The notes: generated by a model from the sequence alone, not told the origin. A stretch of DNA of 64,000 bases from Candidatus Kapaibacterium sp. (GCA_963664875.1 OY761611.1:2720001-2784000); one strand, 5' to 3'; shown: positions 50,408 through 60,959, numbered from the stretch's first letter. A program made the numbers and translations.

Positions 50408-52471
50408 ATGAAACCTGTCAAAGTTGCCATTTTGTGGCACAAACACCAGCCGCTTTATTCTTATAAAGACGGATTCCTTTTGCCTTGGACTCGCCTGCAT
50501 GGCGTCAAAGATTATTTTGATTTGCCTGAGGTGCTACACGAATTCCCAAAAGTGAAGCAGACTTTTAATCTCGTGCCTTCTATGATGATGCAGATCGAGG
50601 ATTATATTTTTGCAAAGCAGGAGGATAAAGTTCTTCGGCTGAGCAAAATTCCTGCAGATTTGCTGAATATGAAGCAGAAGTCTGAAATATTGAATCTGTT
50701 TTTCCTTTGCCATGTTGATAATATGGTACTACCTTACGGGCGATACAGAGATTTGTACGAACGAAGCAGAGACCACGATGCGGCTTTGGCAAACTTCACA
50801 GAACAGGATTTTCGTGATTTGCAGGTTTGGTATAATCTGACATGGTTCGGGCCTTATTCTAAAGAAAATATCGCAATTAAAAGATTCTTTGATAAAGGTG
50901 GTAACTTCACTGAAGAAGAGAAGATTTTTATTCTCGATAGGCATATAGAGCTGCTCAAGCGAGTAACCGGGCAGATGAAATCATTGCAGGATTTAAGTCA
51001 AATTGAGCTTAGCTGCTCGCCGATGTACCATCCGATTATACCGCTTGTGTGCGATTCGGAATCAGCAAAACAGGCTATGCCGAACGTACCAATGCCTAAT
51101 CCAATGTATAAATACCCTGAAGATGCGGAATGGCATATCTCAAATGCACTTAAATACACAGAGCATATTTTTGGACAAAAGCCTAGTGGTATGTGGCCTT
51201 CCGAAGGATCGGTTTCAAACAAAGCTTTGGAGCTTTTTGCGAAAAACAAAGTACGTTGGGTAGCCACTGACGAAGAAATATTACGCCGCACTCCTGGTGG
51301 CATTAATAAAGAAGTTGATAAATTCTTCCCTCGCAAATTCAATACTGTCGAAGGAGATATTACTGTCTTTTTCCGTGACCACTTCCTTTCTGACAGAATA
51401 GGCTTTGTTTATTCAAATTGGGATGGTTCGCAGGCGGCGGAAGACTTTTGCAATCACGTCAAAAACATCAGAAAAGAAATTATTAAAGTATATGGCGAGG
51501 GCGCTCTCGACCATGCTGTTATTCCTGTAATCCTCGATGGTGAAAACTGTTGGGAATATTACTTCGACAACGGCAGACCTTTCCTCAGAGAGCTTTATGC
51601 AAGATTCTCAAATATGGACGAAATCACGACTGTTACAATGAGTGAGGCAATTTCTAAAAGGGAAAACGAGTTTTTACCTGCCTTGGATTCTATATATTCA
51701 GGCTCATGGATTAATGCTGACTTTTCAATTTGGATTGGAGACGAAGATGATCGCAAAGCCTGGAATATGTTAGGCGAAGCACGTGAGCTTGCTGAAACAC
51801 TGAAAGGACGCTTGCCTCAAGACCAGCTCGAAAAAGCGATGAACGAACTTTACATTGCAGAAGGTTCGGACTGGTACTGGTGGTATGGCCCGGAACACAG
51901 CGCAGAAAACAAAAGCGATTTTGACGAACTGTTCCGTTGGCACTTGATGGAATTTTACCGCATAGTCGGTAAAGAAGCACCGGAATATCTGACACAACCA
52001 ATTTCAGCAACAGAAAATGTAATACTCCAACATCCTAAAACAACAATAGAGCCAATTATTGCCGGTTTCAGAGATGAGAAAAGCGGATGGGAAGGTGCCG
52101 GAGTATTTAATGCTGTGGGAGCTATGTCTGCGATGCACCAGATAGGCGAATTGCTCAAAAGAGTATATTGGGGCAACAAAGGTAACCGAATTTTCTTCCG
52201 TTTAGAACCGAGTAACGAACTTGGAGATAGTGAATACTTAAAACTTCAGATAGACAATGCCTGTGATCTCAAAATATCAAATTCCGGTTTAGAAATAATT
52301 AGCTGTGAATCGAAGATAAGCTACTTCCATTATGAAGATAGAGGTGTTCCTGAGCTTGCAATAGAGTTTGAAGGAATAAGGCCGGAAGAAGTCTCTTTCA
52401 CAAGTTTCTCATCAGGCTCGGAAATAAGGTATCCTCAGAGAGGAACTTATAAGCTTAATTTGGTGGACTAG
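50408..52471 (+). CDS. GH57 family glycoside hydrolase (amylopullulanase-like)
   Basis: WHKHQP, YHPIIPL, GMWPSEGSVS, ILDGENCWE and AEGSDWYWW. Confidence 0.93.
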   Translation: MKPVKVAILWHKHQPLYSYKDGFLLPWTRLHGVKDYFDLPEVLHEFPKVKQTFNLVPSMMMQIEDYIFAKQEDKVLRLSKIPADLLNMKQKSEILNLFFLCHVDNMVLPYGRYRDLYERSRDHDAALANFTEQDFRDLQVWYNLTWFGPYSKENIAIKRFFDKGGNFTEEEKIFILDRHIELLKRVTGQMKSLQDLSQIELSCSPMYHPIIPLVCDSESAKQAMPNVPMPNPMYKYPEDAEWHISNALKYTEHIFGQKPSGMWPSEGSVSNKALELFAKNKVRWVATDEEILRRTPGGINKEVDKFFPRKFNTVEGDITVFFRDHFLSDRIGFVYSNWDGSQAAEDFCNHVKNIRKEIIKVYGEGALDHAVIPVILDGENCWEYYFDNGRPFLRELYARFSNMDEITTVTMSEAISKRENEFLPALDSIYSGSWINADFSIWIGDEDDRKAWNMLGEARELAETLKGRLPQDQLEKAMNELYIAEGSDWYWWYGPEHSAENKSDFDELFRWHLMEFYRIVGKEAPEYLTQPISATENVILQHPKTTIEPIIAGFRDEKSGWEGAGVFNAVGAMSAMHQIGELLKRVYWGNKGNRIFFRLEPSNELGDSEYLKLQIDNACDLKISNSGLEIISCESKISYFHYEDRGVPELAIEFEGIRPEEVSFTSFSSGSEIRYPQRGTYKLNLVD

Positions 52472-52502
52472 TGGTATAAATTTTCTTTAAATAAAGATTA
52501 TT

Positions 52503-53042
52503 TTACTCATTCTCTATGTAAGATTTGAGTTTGTTTAAGGTCATTTCGTTGCCTTGGATGAAGAAATTGAGGAGTTTTATCCATTTGTCTTCGTTTTTGT
52601 AGCCTATGCCGTATAATGTCACTTTAGTTTGGTTAGCAGTGATTTCTTGGAACATAGTAATACTATAGAGATTTTTCTCTTCAGCTTTTATAAATGCAGG
52701 GAAATTATTGGCAATTTCCGCCTGCATTGTAATTTGACGGTAAGGGATGTAATTTAGAATGTGAATCGTGATAGTACCCGGATCTCCAATTTTTGCATTA
52801 GGTGTGTAATGTGATTTGATTGTACCGTTTATTTTCAAATCTATTTCAACAACCGGCGTCGCCCATTGTTTCCAGTCAGATTCAGTAGTATATGCCCTCC
52901 AAACATCGTGTAGTGGAGCATTTATTATAATCTCCTGCCTAAGCATAAGCTCTCCTGATGGCAAAGTGTCGGTAGTGCTTATTGATTGAGCTGATGCGCA
53001 ATAAGAAAGCATTACAAATAGAGCTAAGATGATGTATTTCAT
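52503..53042 (-). CDS. SRPBCC-domain secreted protein
   Basis: Signal peptide; IIINAPLHDVWRAYTT..W motif. Confidence 0.8.
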   Translation of the reverse strand: MKYIILALFVMLSYCASAQSISTTDTLPSGELMLRQEIIINAPLHDVWRAYTTESDWKQWATPVVEIDLKINGTIKSHYTPNAKIGDPGTITIHILNYIPYRQITMQAEIANNFPAFIKAEEKNLYSITMFQEITANQTKVTLYGIGYKNEDKWIKLLNFFIQGNEMTLNKLKSYIENE

Positions 53043-53102
53043 AGTTTAGTAGCCTGTATTATTTTTAAGAATATGCGATAGTAGAAGCAAAATATTTTAC
53101 CA

Positions 53103-54506
53103 CTACCTCCACCTCCTTCCATACCAAACCAAGCCCACAACAGATAGTAAGCCTATCACACCGAAAGGAACTAAAAGGAGCTGTGGCGAGTATGTAGTCC
53201 ATAGCAGATTTGTGGCTTCCTGTGCGTTCATGCCGCTTGTTTCTATAAGTGTTTGGAATGCGGTGCTGTGGTCTATTCCCGTGAGATTATATTTCTCTGC
53301 AAGGTAGCGTATTGCAAAGCCGGATTTTTCGCCTAAAGTTTTATATAACCATCCCCCCGACAACGCACCAATGCCAAGCCCTATTGTCCAGGAAGCATAC
53401 ATAAAACTCATAAACATAGATTTGTCTTCTAACTTAGCCCGGCGCCCCATAAACTCGTTGAAGTGCGGATTGGCAATCATCTCTCCAAATGTATAAACCC
53501 AAAAGCCGGCTATTAAATAATAACCGTTTTGAGAAATGCCGCTAAGTATAAAACCAAGTGTAGCAAATAAAACGCCCACCCAAAGCCCGGTAATAATCCT
53601 AGCTTTTGAGAAGAGCCATGAAGTAAACACAACAAAAAGCACAATCAACCCTGAATTTATATTATACAGCCACTCGTAGGATATTTGCTTTCCGAGAGGT
53701 GTTTCACTCAGCAAAAAGTCAGGAAGATTGAAATCCTTAGCGATGTTAGCAGTGTTCACCCAATCAAAAATAAAATTGGGCAAAGTCTCGTAAAACTGCA
53801 TATAGATTATCGTAAATCCGGTCATTATCAGAAGAAAAACTGAAATTTGAGGATTAAGTATATTGGCTTTGAAGTTTGACAAAATAGCTTTTGTGCCGGG
53901 ATATTTATTCTCCTGACTTACAGCCGGCTTATAAAACAATGTCAAAGCAAAGTTTATACTCATTATCAGAGCGCTCCCAAAGAACACAGCCTGCCATGAT
54001 ATTTCTTTGAAAAACATAGTTATTGGCGGGCCAAAGAAAGCTGCCAAATTTAAAAGCATAATATAAATACCCCAGCCCACAGCAGAGTTTTTCTCATCTA
54101 AATTTGCTGCTACTGCTCCCTGCAAAGCAGGCCTGAACACACCAAGTCCAATACCGTATGTAATCGTTCCGAAAAGGAAAGGATAAAAGTCTCTTTGTGT
54201 AGCTATGAGTGCAAGCCCGATAATCATAGTCAGGTATGAAGCAAACATGGCTTTTTTTCTGCCAAGCTTATCAATAAAAGCTCCGGAGAACACAGAAGTC
54301 AGATTTTGAAGGACAGCCCAGAAAAAGAAGATTTGTCCTTTTGTGTCTTGGCCCCATTGCAGCCCTCCGGCGGCATCTTTTTGAGCGATATAGATAGGAA
54401 TTTGCAGCAGCATAATCCAATACGCTAGTTTCTCTGTCATTTGTATCAGATTTAATATCCAGAAGCTGCTTTTTATAGATTTTATATTTTGTATAATAGA
54501 TTGCAT
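53103..54506 (-). CDS. MFS transporter (POT-like)
   Basis: EKLAYW, GAFIDKLGRKK and TFGEM; about 12 TM segments. Confidence 0.88.
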   Translation of the reverse strand: MQSIIQNIKSIKSSFWILNLIQMTEKLAYWIMLLQIPIYIAQKDAAGGLQWGQDTKGQIFFFWAVLQNLTSVFSGAFIDKLGRKKAMFASYLTMIIGLALIATQRDFYPFLFGTITYGIGLGVFRPALQGAVAANLDEKNSAVGWGIYIMLLNLAAFFGPPITMFFKEISWQAVFFGSALIMSINFALTLFYKPAVSQENKYPGTKAILSNFKANILNPQISVFLLIMTGFTIIYMQFYETLPNFIFDWVNTANIAKDFNLPDFLLSETPLGKQISYEWLYNINSGLIVLFVVFTSWLFSKARIITGLWVGVLFATLGFILSGISQNGYYLIAGFWVYTFGEMIANPHFNEFMGRRAKLEDKSMFMSFMYASWTIGLGIGALSGGWLYKTLGEKSGFAIRYLAEKYNLTGIDHSTAFQTLIETSGMNAQEATNLLWTTYSPQLLLVPFGVIGLLSVVGLVWYGRRWR

Positions 54507-54580
54507 TGTGCCATTCGTAATATGAAATAAGTCTTCAGCTTATTACGAATATATCGAAAAATCTTGTAAGAGACTTGAAA

Positions 54581-54637
54581 CCAAAAAGGAGTTAAATCTG
54601 AAGTTTGTTGGTTCATTTAAGATTTAACTCCTTTTGG
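54581..54637 (-). terminator. Hairpin/terminator after mraY
   Basis: AAAAGGAGTTAAATCT...AGATTTAACTCCTTTT. Confidence 0.75.
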
Positions 54638-54648
54638 ATTATAATGGA

Positions 54649-55776
54649 TTATCTGAGTTTGAATGTCGAAAGTGCAATGATTGCAAGTAAAACAGCAATT
54701 ATATAAAATCTGTTTACAATTTTTGCTTCATGTATGCCTGACTTTTCGAAATGGTGATGCAAAGGTGCCATGTTGAAGACTCTTCTTCCTTCACCATACT
54801 TCTTCTTTGTATATTTAAAATAACTTACCTGAATGATTACCGAAATTGCTTCTGCAAAAAATATCCCGCCAAGGATTGGCAAAAGGAATTCTTTTTTGAT
54901 AAGGATTGCCAGACCGCCAACAGCACCTCCGAGAGCCAACGAACCGGTGTCGCCCATAAATATCTGTGCTGGGTAAGCATTAAACCAAAGAAAACCCAGA
55001 GCTGCACCAACTAAAGCTGCCGTAAAGATTGTAAGTTCGCCACTGCCGGGTTGATAAATGATATGGAAGTACTCTGCATAGGTGGCATTACCTGAGAAGT
55101 AACACATAGCTGCAAAAGCCAAACCCGCTATACCTACCGTCCCTATGGAAAGACCATCTAAGCCATCTGTGAGGTTTACTGCATTTGACGTTGCTGTTAT
55201 AATAAATATCACAAGCGGGATGTATAGCAGCCCGAAGTCAATATTCCAGTTTTTATAAAAAGGCAATGTGGTGAGCGTGTTTATTTTCTCGAATCCTTCC
55301 GGAAAAAGCTCAGGGAAAAAGTATATACTCGAACCTATAATCAACCCTATACCTACCTGACCAACTATTTTGTACCTTCCAATCAAGCCTTTAGGTAGCT
55401 TTTTTATAACTTTCAAATAGTCATCTAAAAAGCCTACAGCACCAAGCCAGGCTGTTGTAAGCACAATTAGGATACTATACATATTTAGATTAGACCATAA
55501 CAGAGTCGGCACCAAAAGTGCCATTAGGACAATCAATCCGCCCATAGTCGGAGTGCCGGCTTTTAGCGAATGATTGCCAACTTTCTGAAGTTCCTGCTTT
55601 GCCTGTTCTCCGATTTGCTTTGTTTTTAGCTTCTTAATGATGAGAGGCCCAAAGAAAAAACTAATTAGTAAAGCAGTAACAGCTGCGGCTGCCGCTCTGA
55701 ACGAAATATATTGAAAAACACCGAACCCCGGTGGGTCAAACATTTCGTTGATCCATTGGAATAAGTAGTATAACAT
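54649..55776 (-). CDS. mraY: Phospho-N-acetylmuramoyl-pentapeptide transferase
   Basis: KAGTPTMGG, GFLDDY, NAVNLTDGLDGL, FMGDTGS and MAPLHHHFE. Confidence 0.97.
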   Translation of the reverse strand: MLYYLFQWINEMFDPPGFGVFQYISFRAAAAAVTALLISFFFGPLIIKKLKTKQIGEQAKQELQKVGNHSLKAGTPTMGGLIVLMALLVPTLLWSNLNMYSILIVLTTAWLGAVGFLDDYLKVIKKLPKGLIGRYKIVGQVGIGLIIGSSIYFFPELFPEGFEKINTLTTLPFYKNWNIDFGLLYIPLVIFIITATSNAVNLTDGLDGLSIGTVGIAGLAFAAMCYFSGNATYAEYFHIIYQPGSGELTIFTAALVGAALGFLWFNAYPAQIFMGDTGSLALGGAVGGLAILIKKEFLLPILGGIFFAEAISVIIQVSYFKYTKKKYGEGRRVFNMAPLHHHFEKSGIHEAKIVNRFYIIAVLLAIIALSTFKLR

Positions 55777-55983
55777 ATTTTACTAGAAGGGTTGTGAATA
55801 ATATGCTGCATTCAAAAGACAAAAGTAAGCATAATTGTGCATGTTTAAAAATAAAAATTTAAAATGTTTCACTTATAGTGCCATATTCCTGCTTGGCAAG
55901 ACAAAAAGCAGATATTATTAAATAAAATCATCTCTCTGTCGTGAAGTATAAATACTGGTTTAATTTATCGTTTATGGTGTGAC

Positions 55984-57483
55984 ATGTTTAAAAAAATTTT
56001 GATAGCGAATAGAGGCGAGATTGCAATGAGAATAATCAGAGCTGCTCGCGAAATGAATATAGAATCCGTTGCAATATATCACGACATTGACAAAGAAGCT
56101 CCTTTTGTGCAGTATGCTGACTATGCTTACAAAATTTCAGGCACTACACCTAAAGCTGCTTATCTTGACATCCCTCAGATTATAGAAGTTGCAATTAGAA
56201 GCAATAGTGAAGCTATCCACCCCGGGTACGGTTTCCTCTCGGAAAACTCTGTTTTTTCCTCAGAAGTAAGTAAAGCGGGGCTTGTTTTTATAGGACCTGA
56301 TGCTAATTCCATTGAGCTAATGGGTAACAAAACAAGAGCCAGGCAGTTGATGACTGCTGCAGGCGTGCCTATAGTGCCGGGAACTAAAGAGCAAATAGAA
56401 AGTGATGAGGAGCTAATAAAAACTGCTGAGGAAATAGGTTACCCTATTTTGCTTAAAGCGGCTGCAGGCGGTGGTGGTAAAGGTATGCGAAAAGTTGACT
56501 CTGTCGATGAGCTGATTGAAAGCTACCGTGGTGCTAAGCGTGAGGCAGCTAATGCTTTTGGTGACGATGCTATCTATATTGAAAAATATATTATAAATCC
56601 TAAGCATATAGAAATTCAAATTATCGCTGATGCTCATAGCAATTACGTTCACCTTGGCGAAAGAGATTGCTCTATCCAAAGAAGACACCAAAAAGTAATA
56701 GAAGAATCGCCTTCTACAATTTTAGATGAAGAGCTGCGGACTAAGATGGGCGAGGTTGCTGTCAAAGCTGCAAAAGCCTGCAACTATGTGAATGCCGGGA
56801 CGGTGGAATTCCTTGTTGATAAAAACAAAAATTTCTATTTTTTAGAAATGAACACCAGACTACAAGTAGAACACCCGGTTACGGAAATGGCTACCGGGAT
56901 TGATTTGGTAAAAGAACAGTTCAAAATTGCTTTCGGCATGCCATTAAGTTTTAAACAAGAAGATGTAAGATTTACAAATCATGCTATTGAATGTAGGATT
57001 TATGCTGAAGATCCATTTAATAATTTTCTTCCTGACACCGGTAAAATCACTCACCTCCGCAGACCCTGCGGAAATGGTGTGCGAGTGGATAGCGGAATAG
57101 ATGAAGGTAGCGAAGTAACAATACATTTCGATCCGATGCTTTCAAAATTGATTGTTTGGGGACGAGACAGAAACGAGGCTTTGGGAAGAATGGAATCTGC
57201 TCTTAGGAATTACAGAATTCAGGGAGTCAGAACTATTATTCCATTCCTGATAGCAGTAATGCAGCATCCGGAATTTAGGTACGGATATTTTGACACCGGA
57301 TTTATTCAGCATACTTTTGATATGGATGTGTTGGACAAAATAAAAGAAGAACAGGAAGAAATTATAGCAGCCATTGCTGCTTTTGGATTCAGGATGACTC
57401 GCAAAGATCAGTCTCCTGTAAGCGAAAAACAAAAAATATCAAAATGGAAGGAAAACAATCTGCTAATGAGAAGATTGCTTTAA
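55984..57483 (+). CDS. accC: Biotin carboxylase subunit (acetyl/propionyl-CoA carboxylase type)
   Basis: ILIANRGEIA, HPGYGFLSEN, GGGGKGMR, ERDCSIQRRHQK and EMNTRLQVEH. Confidence 0.9.
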   Translation: MFKKILIANRGEIAMRIIRAAREMNIESVAIYHDIDKEAPFVQYADYAYKISGTTPKAAYLDIPQIIEVAIRSNSEAIHPGYGFLSENSVFSSEVSKAGLVFIGPDANSIELMGNKTRARQLMTAAGVPIVPGTKEQIESDEELIKTAEEIGYPILLKAAAGGGGKGMRKVDSVDELIESYRGAKREAANAFGDDAIYIEKYIINPKHIEIQIIADAHSNYVHLGERDCSIQRRHQKVIEESPSTILDEELRTKMGEVAVKAAKACNYVNAGTVEFLVDKNKNFYFLEMNTRLQVEHPVTEMATGIDLVKEQFKIAFGMPLSFKQEDVRFTNHAIECRIYAEDPFNNFLPDTGKITHLRRPCGNGVRVDSGIDEGSEVTIHFDPMLSKLIVWGRDRNEALGRMESALRNYRIQGVRTIIPFLIAVMQHPEFRYGYFDTGFIQHTFDMDVLDKIKEEQEEIIAAIAAFGFRMTRKDQSPVSEKQKISKWKENNLLMRRLL

Positions 57484-57522
57484 ATCCTTATGATTATATA
57501 AAAAATAAAATATCTCTTAATC

Positions 57523-57614
57523 AAAACCTCTCCAACTCTACAAAGAATTGGAGAGTTTTTTGCATATAATAGCACCTATCTATTTGAAGTATTCCCGGGA
57601 TACTCACCTTATAG
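57523..57614 (+). repeat. Terminator + Rhs core-motif stub, copy 2
   Basis: ACCTCTCCAACTCTACAAAGAATTGGAGAGTTTTTTGCATATAATAGCACCTATCTATTTGAAGTATTCCCGGGATACTCACCTTATAG (the last part encodes LFEVFPGYSPY); roughly 90% identical to 49058-49139. Confidence 0.85.
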
Positions 57615-57895
57615 AAATTAGTTTACTGTTCCAAGCAGGTTTCCTCTAATTGACCATATCGCAAAGATTACAACTTTGAAAACTGAAAGGTGGAAAGTAT
57701 CCTGAGCTTGTCGAAATGCAACACTTGCTTAAGATCCATTTATCGATGTACAACAATTATCTGTAATATTTGGAATATTATGTTATTTGTGTTATTATTA
57801 TTGTTTATAATAAATCACATTTAGGTGTAATCTTTTACTCCATATAAACGTTTGATAGATTAGGTAAAGAGTTCTCTAACATAAGGAATTACGCT

Positions 57896-58672
57896 ATGAA
57901 ATTGCTTTTAAATCTTTGTTTTTTGCTGATAGTGTGTGTTAATGACTTATTCCCACAAGATAGTTCTAATGTCGTAAACGGATACGTGCCTCGGTATTTA
58001 GACGAAAATGCCACCTTCGAAAATCAGATAGTGAGGGATAACTCTTTTGTGAATTTTGGCGTAACGCCCTTAAATTATTATCATCTAAAGAATGATATTA
58101 CAACAGGAGACAATTTTATAGGATTTGGAGGCATCAGTCTGGGGTATTATTACACGTATGCCGACGGACATTATCTCAACTTCAGCTTTTCTTATGATTA
58201 TCTTGATGGAGGCAATACTCTTTCAGGAAATCATTTCGACAATGTAGTATATTCCAAATTGAGTGCGGTACCTATTGATCCTGAAAAATACTATCGTCGG
58301 AAAGACTTGACGAATTATGGCTTTTCGTTAACAGAAAACGTAGTCTATTCGAACTTAGTTTTCTCTTTCGGATTGGTTTACTGCATATCTACTTATACAT
58401 TTGAATATCAATCTAAAGACTATGGTGCAACATGGGTCGAATATTTAGGAGAATCAGCCTATGCATCACTCAATCCAATCATTGGAGTTCAATATGCCTT
58501 TTTCAATAATTTTGGTGTCGAACTTATGATGCACTATTCAGGTAAAACGTTCCGTGAAAGAGGATACCATCGAGACAGACAATTATCTATGCTTTTAAAT
58601 ATCAATTACCGACTGCCGCTGCAAAGAAAAAAAGTTACTTTTAAAGACGGAGAGTACAAGCTAACATATTAA
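57896..58672 (+). CDS. Hypothetical secreted / outer-membrane beta-strand protein
   Basis: Signal-like N-terminus, aromatic alternating strands, AAGGA RBS. Confidence 0.65.
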   Translation: MKLLLNLCFLLIVCVNDLFPQDSSNVVNGYVPRYLDENATFENQIVRDNSFVNFGVTPLNYYHLKNDITTGDNFIGFGGISLGYYYTYADGHYLNFSFSYDYLDGGNTLSGNHFDNVVYSKLSAVPIDPEKYYRRKDLTNYGFSLTENVVYSNLVFSFGLVYCISTYTFEYQSKDYGATWVEYLGESAYASLNPIIGVQYAFFNNFGVELMMHYSGKTFRERGYHRDRQLSMLLNINYRLPLQRKKVTFKDGEYKLTY

Positions 58673-58797
58673 TTGCTTAAAAGCTGCATAAAATTTTATT
58701 CCTTTTTTACTATAATCTATGATTTATCGGGGTTTAGGTAACAAAAGTGTCGTAAATTCGTAAGAACTATAATATTCATCATTTTTTATTGGGTCTT

Positions 58798-60927
58798 ATG
58801 AAATTATCAGTGTATTTACTAATGGCAGCTATGGCAATTGGTGCTTGCTCTAAAGCTGCAAAGGATGAGGGCGAAAAGATGACTTATCCTGAAACAAAAA
58901 AAATTGAAGTAGTTGATGACTACTTTGGTACAAAAGTATCAGATCCTTACCGCTGGCTCGAAGATGATCGCAGCCCGGAAACGGAAGCTTGGGTCAAAAA
59001 GCAAAATGAGTTTACTTCTGCTTACCTATCTAAAATTGGTATCAGATCTAAAATCAAAAGCAGACTTGAAGAGCTTTGGGACTACGAAAAACTAAGTGCA
59101 CCGTTCGAAGAAGGTGGCGTAAAATACTTTTATAAAAACGACGGCTTACAAAATCACAGCGTACTTTACGCCCAAAAAGGCGAAGCTGCTCCTGAAGTAT
59201 TTTTAGATCCTAATAAATTCTCTGCCGACGGCACAACTTCGCTCGCATCAGTTAACTTTTCTGATAATGGCAAGCTCGCTGCTTATGCGATAAGCGAAGG
59301 TGGTAGCGACTGGAGAAAAGTTATAGTAATAAATGCAGAAAACAAAGAAATAATCGGAGATACTCTCGTAGATGTGAAATTTAGCGGTATCTCATGGAAA
59401 GGCAATGAGGGCTTCTACTATTCAAGCTATGACAAACCTGAAGGTAGCGAGCTTTCAGCAAAAACAGACCAGCATAAAGTGTACTATCATAAGCTCGGCA
59501 CGCCTCAGAAAGATGACAAAGTAATCTTTGGTGCTGACCCTAACATGAAAAGAAGATACTGCGGTGCTTATGTCTCCGACGACCAGAGATTCCTCTTTAT
59601 CTCTGCGGCAAACTCTACTACCGGCAACGAGTTATATATGATGGATTTGACTAAACCGAACTCGAAATTAGTCGCTATTATCAATAATTTTGACTCTGAC
59701 ACAGATGTAATAGAAACTAAAGGCTCAAAGCTATATATTTCTACAAATCTTAACGCTCCTAATAATAGGATTGTAACGGTTGATGCTTCAAATCCTACAC
59801 CTGAGAATTGGAAAGACTTCATTCCTGAAACAGAAAATGTTCTATCTACAACTACCGGCTCAGGTTTCTTCTTTGCAATCTATATGAAAGACGCCATTTC
59901 ACAAGTGCTCCAATATGACTATGACGGCAATTTGGTACGCGAAGTAGCACTTCCGGGTGTTGGCTCTGTCGGAGGTTTTGGCGGAAAAGATACTCAGGAG
60001 ACTTTGTACTACTCGTTTACAGATTATAAAACTCCAGGCAGTACTTTCGCCTATGATGCAAAAACCGGCGAGTCAACAGTATATTGGAAACCTGAAATCA
60101 AGTTTGACAGCGATAAATACGAATCCAAACAAATCTTCTATACCTCTAAAGACGGCACAAAAATTCCTATGATTATCACATATAAAAAAGGAATTAAACT
60201 TGATGGTACCAATCCTACTTTGCTTTACGGCTATGGTGGGTTTAGTGCGAGCCTCACACCACGTTTCAGTGTAACGCGTGCTGTTTGGATGGAAATGGGA
60301 GGTGTTTATGCCGTTGCAAATATTCGCGGTGGGGGCGAATACGGTCAGAAATGGCACGATGCAGGTACAAAACTTCAAAAACAAAACGTTTTTGATGATT
60401 TCATAGCAGCAGGCGAATACTTAATTGCCAATAAGTATTGTACAAACGAGTATCTTGCCATCGAAGGCGGCTCAAACGGAGGTCTATTGGTAGGTGCAGT
60501 AATGACTCAAAGACCTGATCTAATGAAAGTTGCAATTCCTGAAGTAGGTGTATTGGATATGCTCCGATACCACACTTTCACAGCAGGCGCAGGCTGGGCT
60601 TATGACTACGGAACCGCCGAAGATTCTAAGGAAATGTTTGAATATTTATATAAATATTCCCCGGTTCATAATGTGAAAGAAGGTACTTCTTTTCCTGCTA
60701 CAATTGTAACTACAGGTGATCATGATGACAGAGTAGTTCCGGCTCACTCATTCAAATTTATTGCTCATCTACAGGCTAAACAAGCTGGAAATAATCCGGT
60801 TTTAATCAGAATAGAAACTAATGCAGGTCATGGTGCCGGCACACCTGTTTCTAAACGATTGGAACAAACTGCAGACATTTACGGCTTTACTCTACACAAT
60901 ATGGGTATTGACGAAGTAAAATTCTAA
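58798..60927 (+). CDS. Prolyl oligopeptidase (S9A), lipoprotein
   Basis: Lipobox IGAC, DPYRWLED, YGYGGF, GGSNGG, DHDDRV and AGHG. Confidence 0.96.
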   Translation: MKLSVYLLMAAMAIGACSKAAKDEGEKMTYPETKKIEVVDDYFGTKVSDPYRWLEDDRSPETEAWVKKQNEFTSAYLSKIGIRSKIKSRLEELWDYEKLSAPFEEGGVKYFYKNDGLQNHSVLYAQKGEAAPEVFLDPNKFSADGTTSLASVNFSDNGKLAAYAISEGGSDWRKVIVINAENKEIIGDTLVDVKFSGISWKGNEGFYYSSYDKPEGSELSAKTDQHKVYYHKLGTPQKDDKVIFGADPNMKRRYCGAYVSDDQRFLFISAANSTTGNELYMMDLTKPNSKLVAIINNFDSDTDVIETKGSKLYISTNLNAPNNRIVTVDASNPTPENWKDFIPETENVLSTTTGSGFFFAIYMKDAISQVLQYDYDGNLVREVALPGVGSVGGFGGKDTQETLYYSFTDYKTPGSTFAYDAKTGESTVYWKPEIKFDSDKYESKQIFYTSKDGTKIPMIITYKKGIKLDGTNPTLLYGYGGFSASLTPRFSVTRAVWMEMGGVYAVANIRGGGEYGQKWHDAGTKLQKQNVFDDFIAAGEYLIANKYCTNEYLAIEGGSNGGLLVGAVMTQRPDLMKVAIPEVGVLDMLRYHTFTAGAGWAYDYGTAEDSKEMFEYLYKYSPVHNVKEGTSFPATIVTTGDHDDRVVPAHSFKFIAHLQAKQAGNNPVLIRIETNAGHGAGTPVSKRLEQTADIYGFTLHNMGIDEVKF

Positions 60928-60959
60928 CCTAAAACATTAGTTTCAAAATATATTAACAG

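Noticed and set aside
57701-57715. CCTGAGCTTGTCGAA REP-like half site
   Set aside because: Single short copy with no partner in the window; insufficient support.
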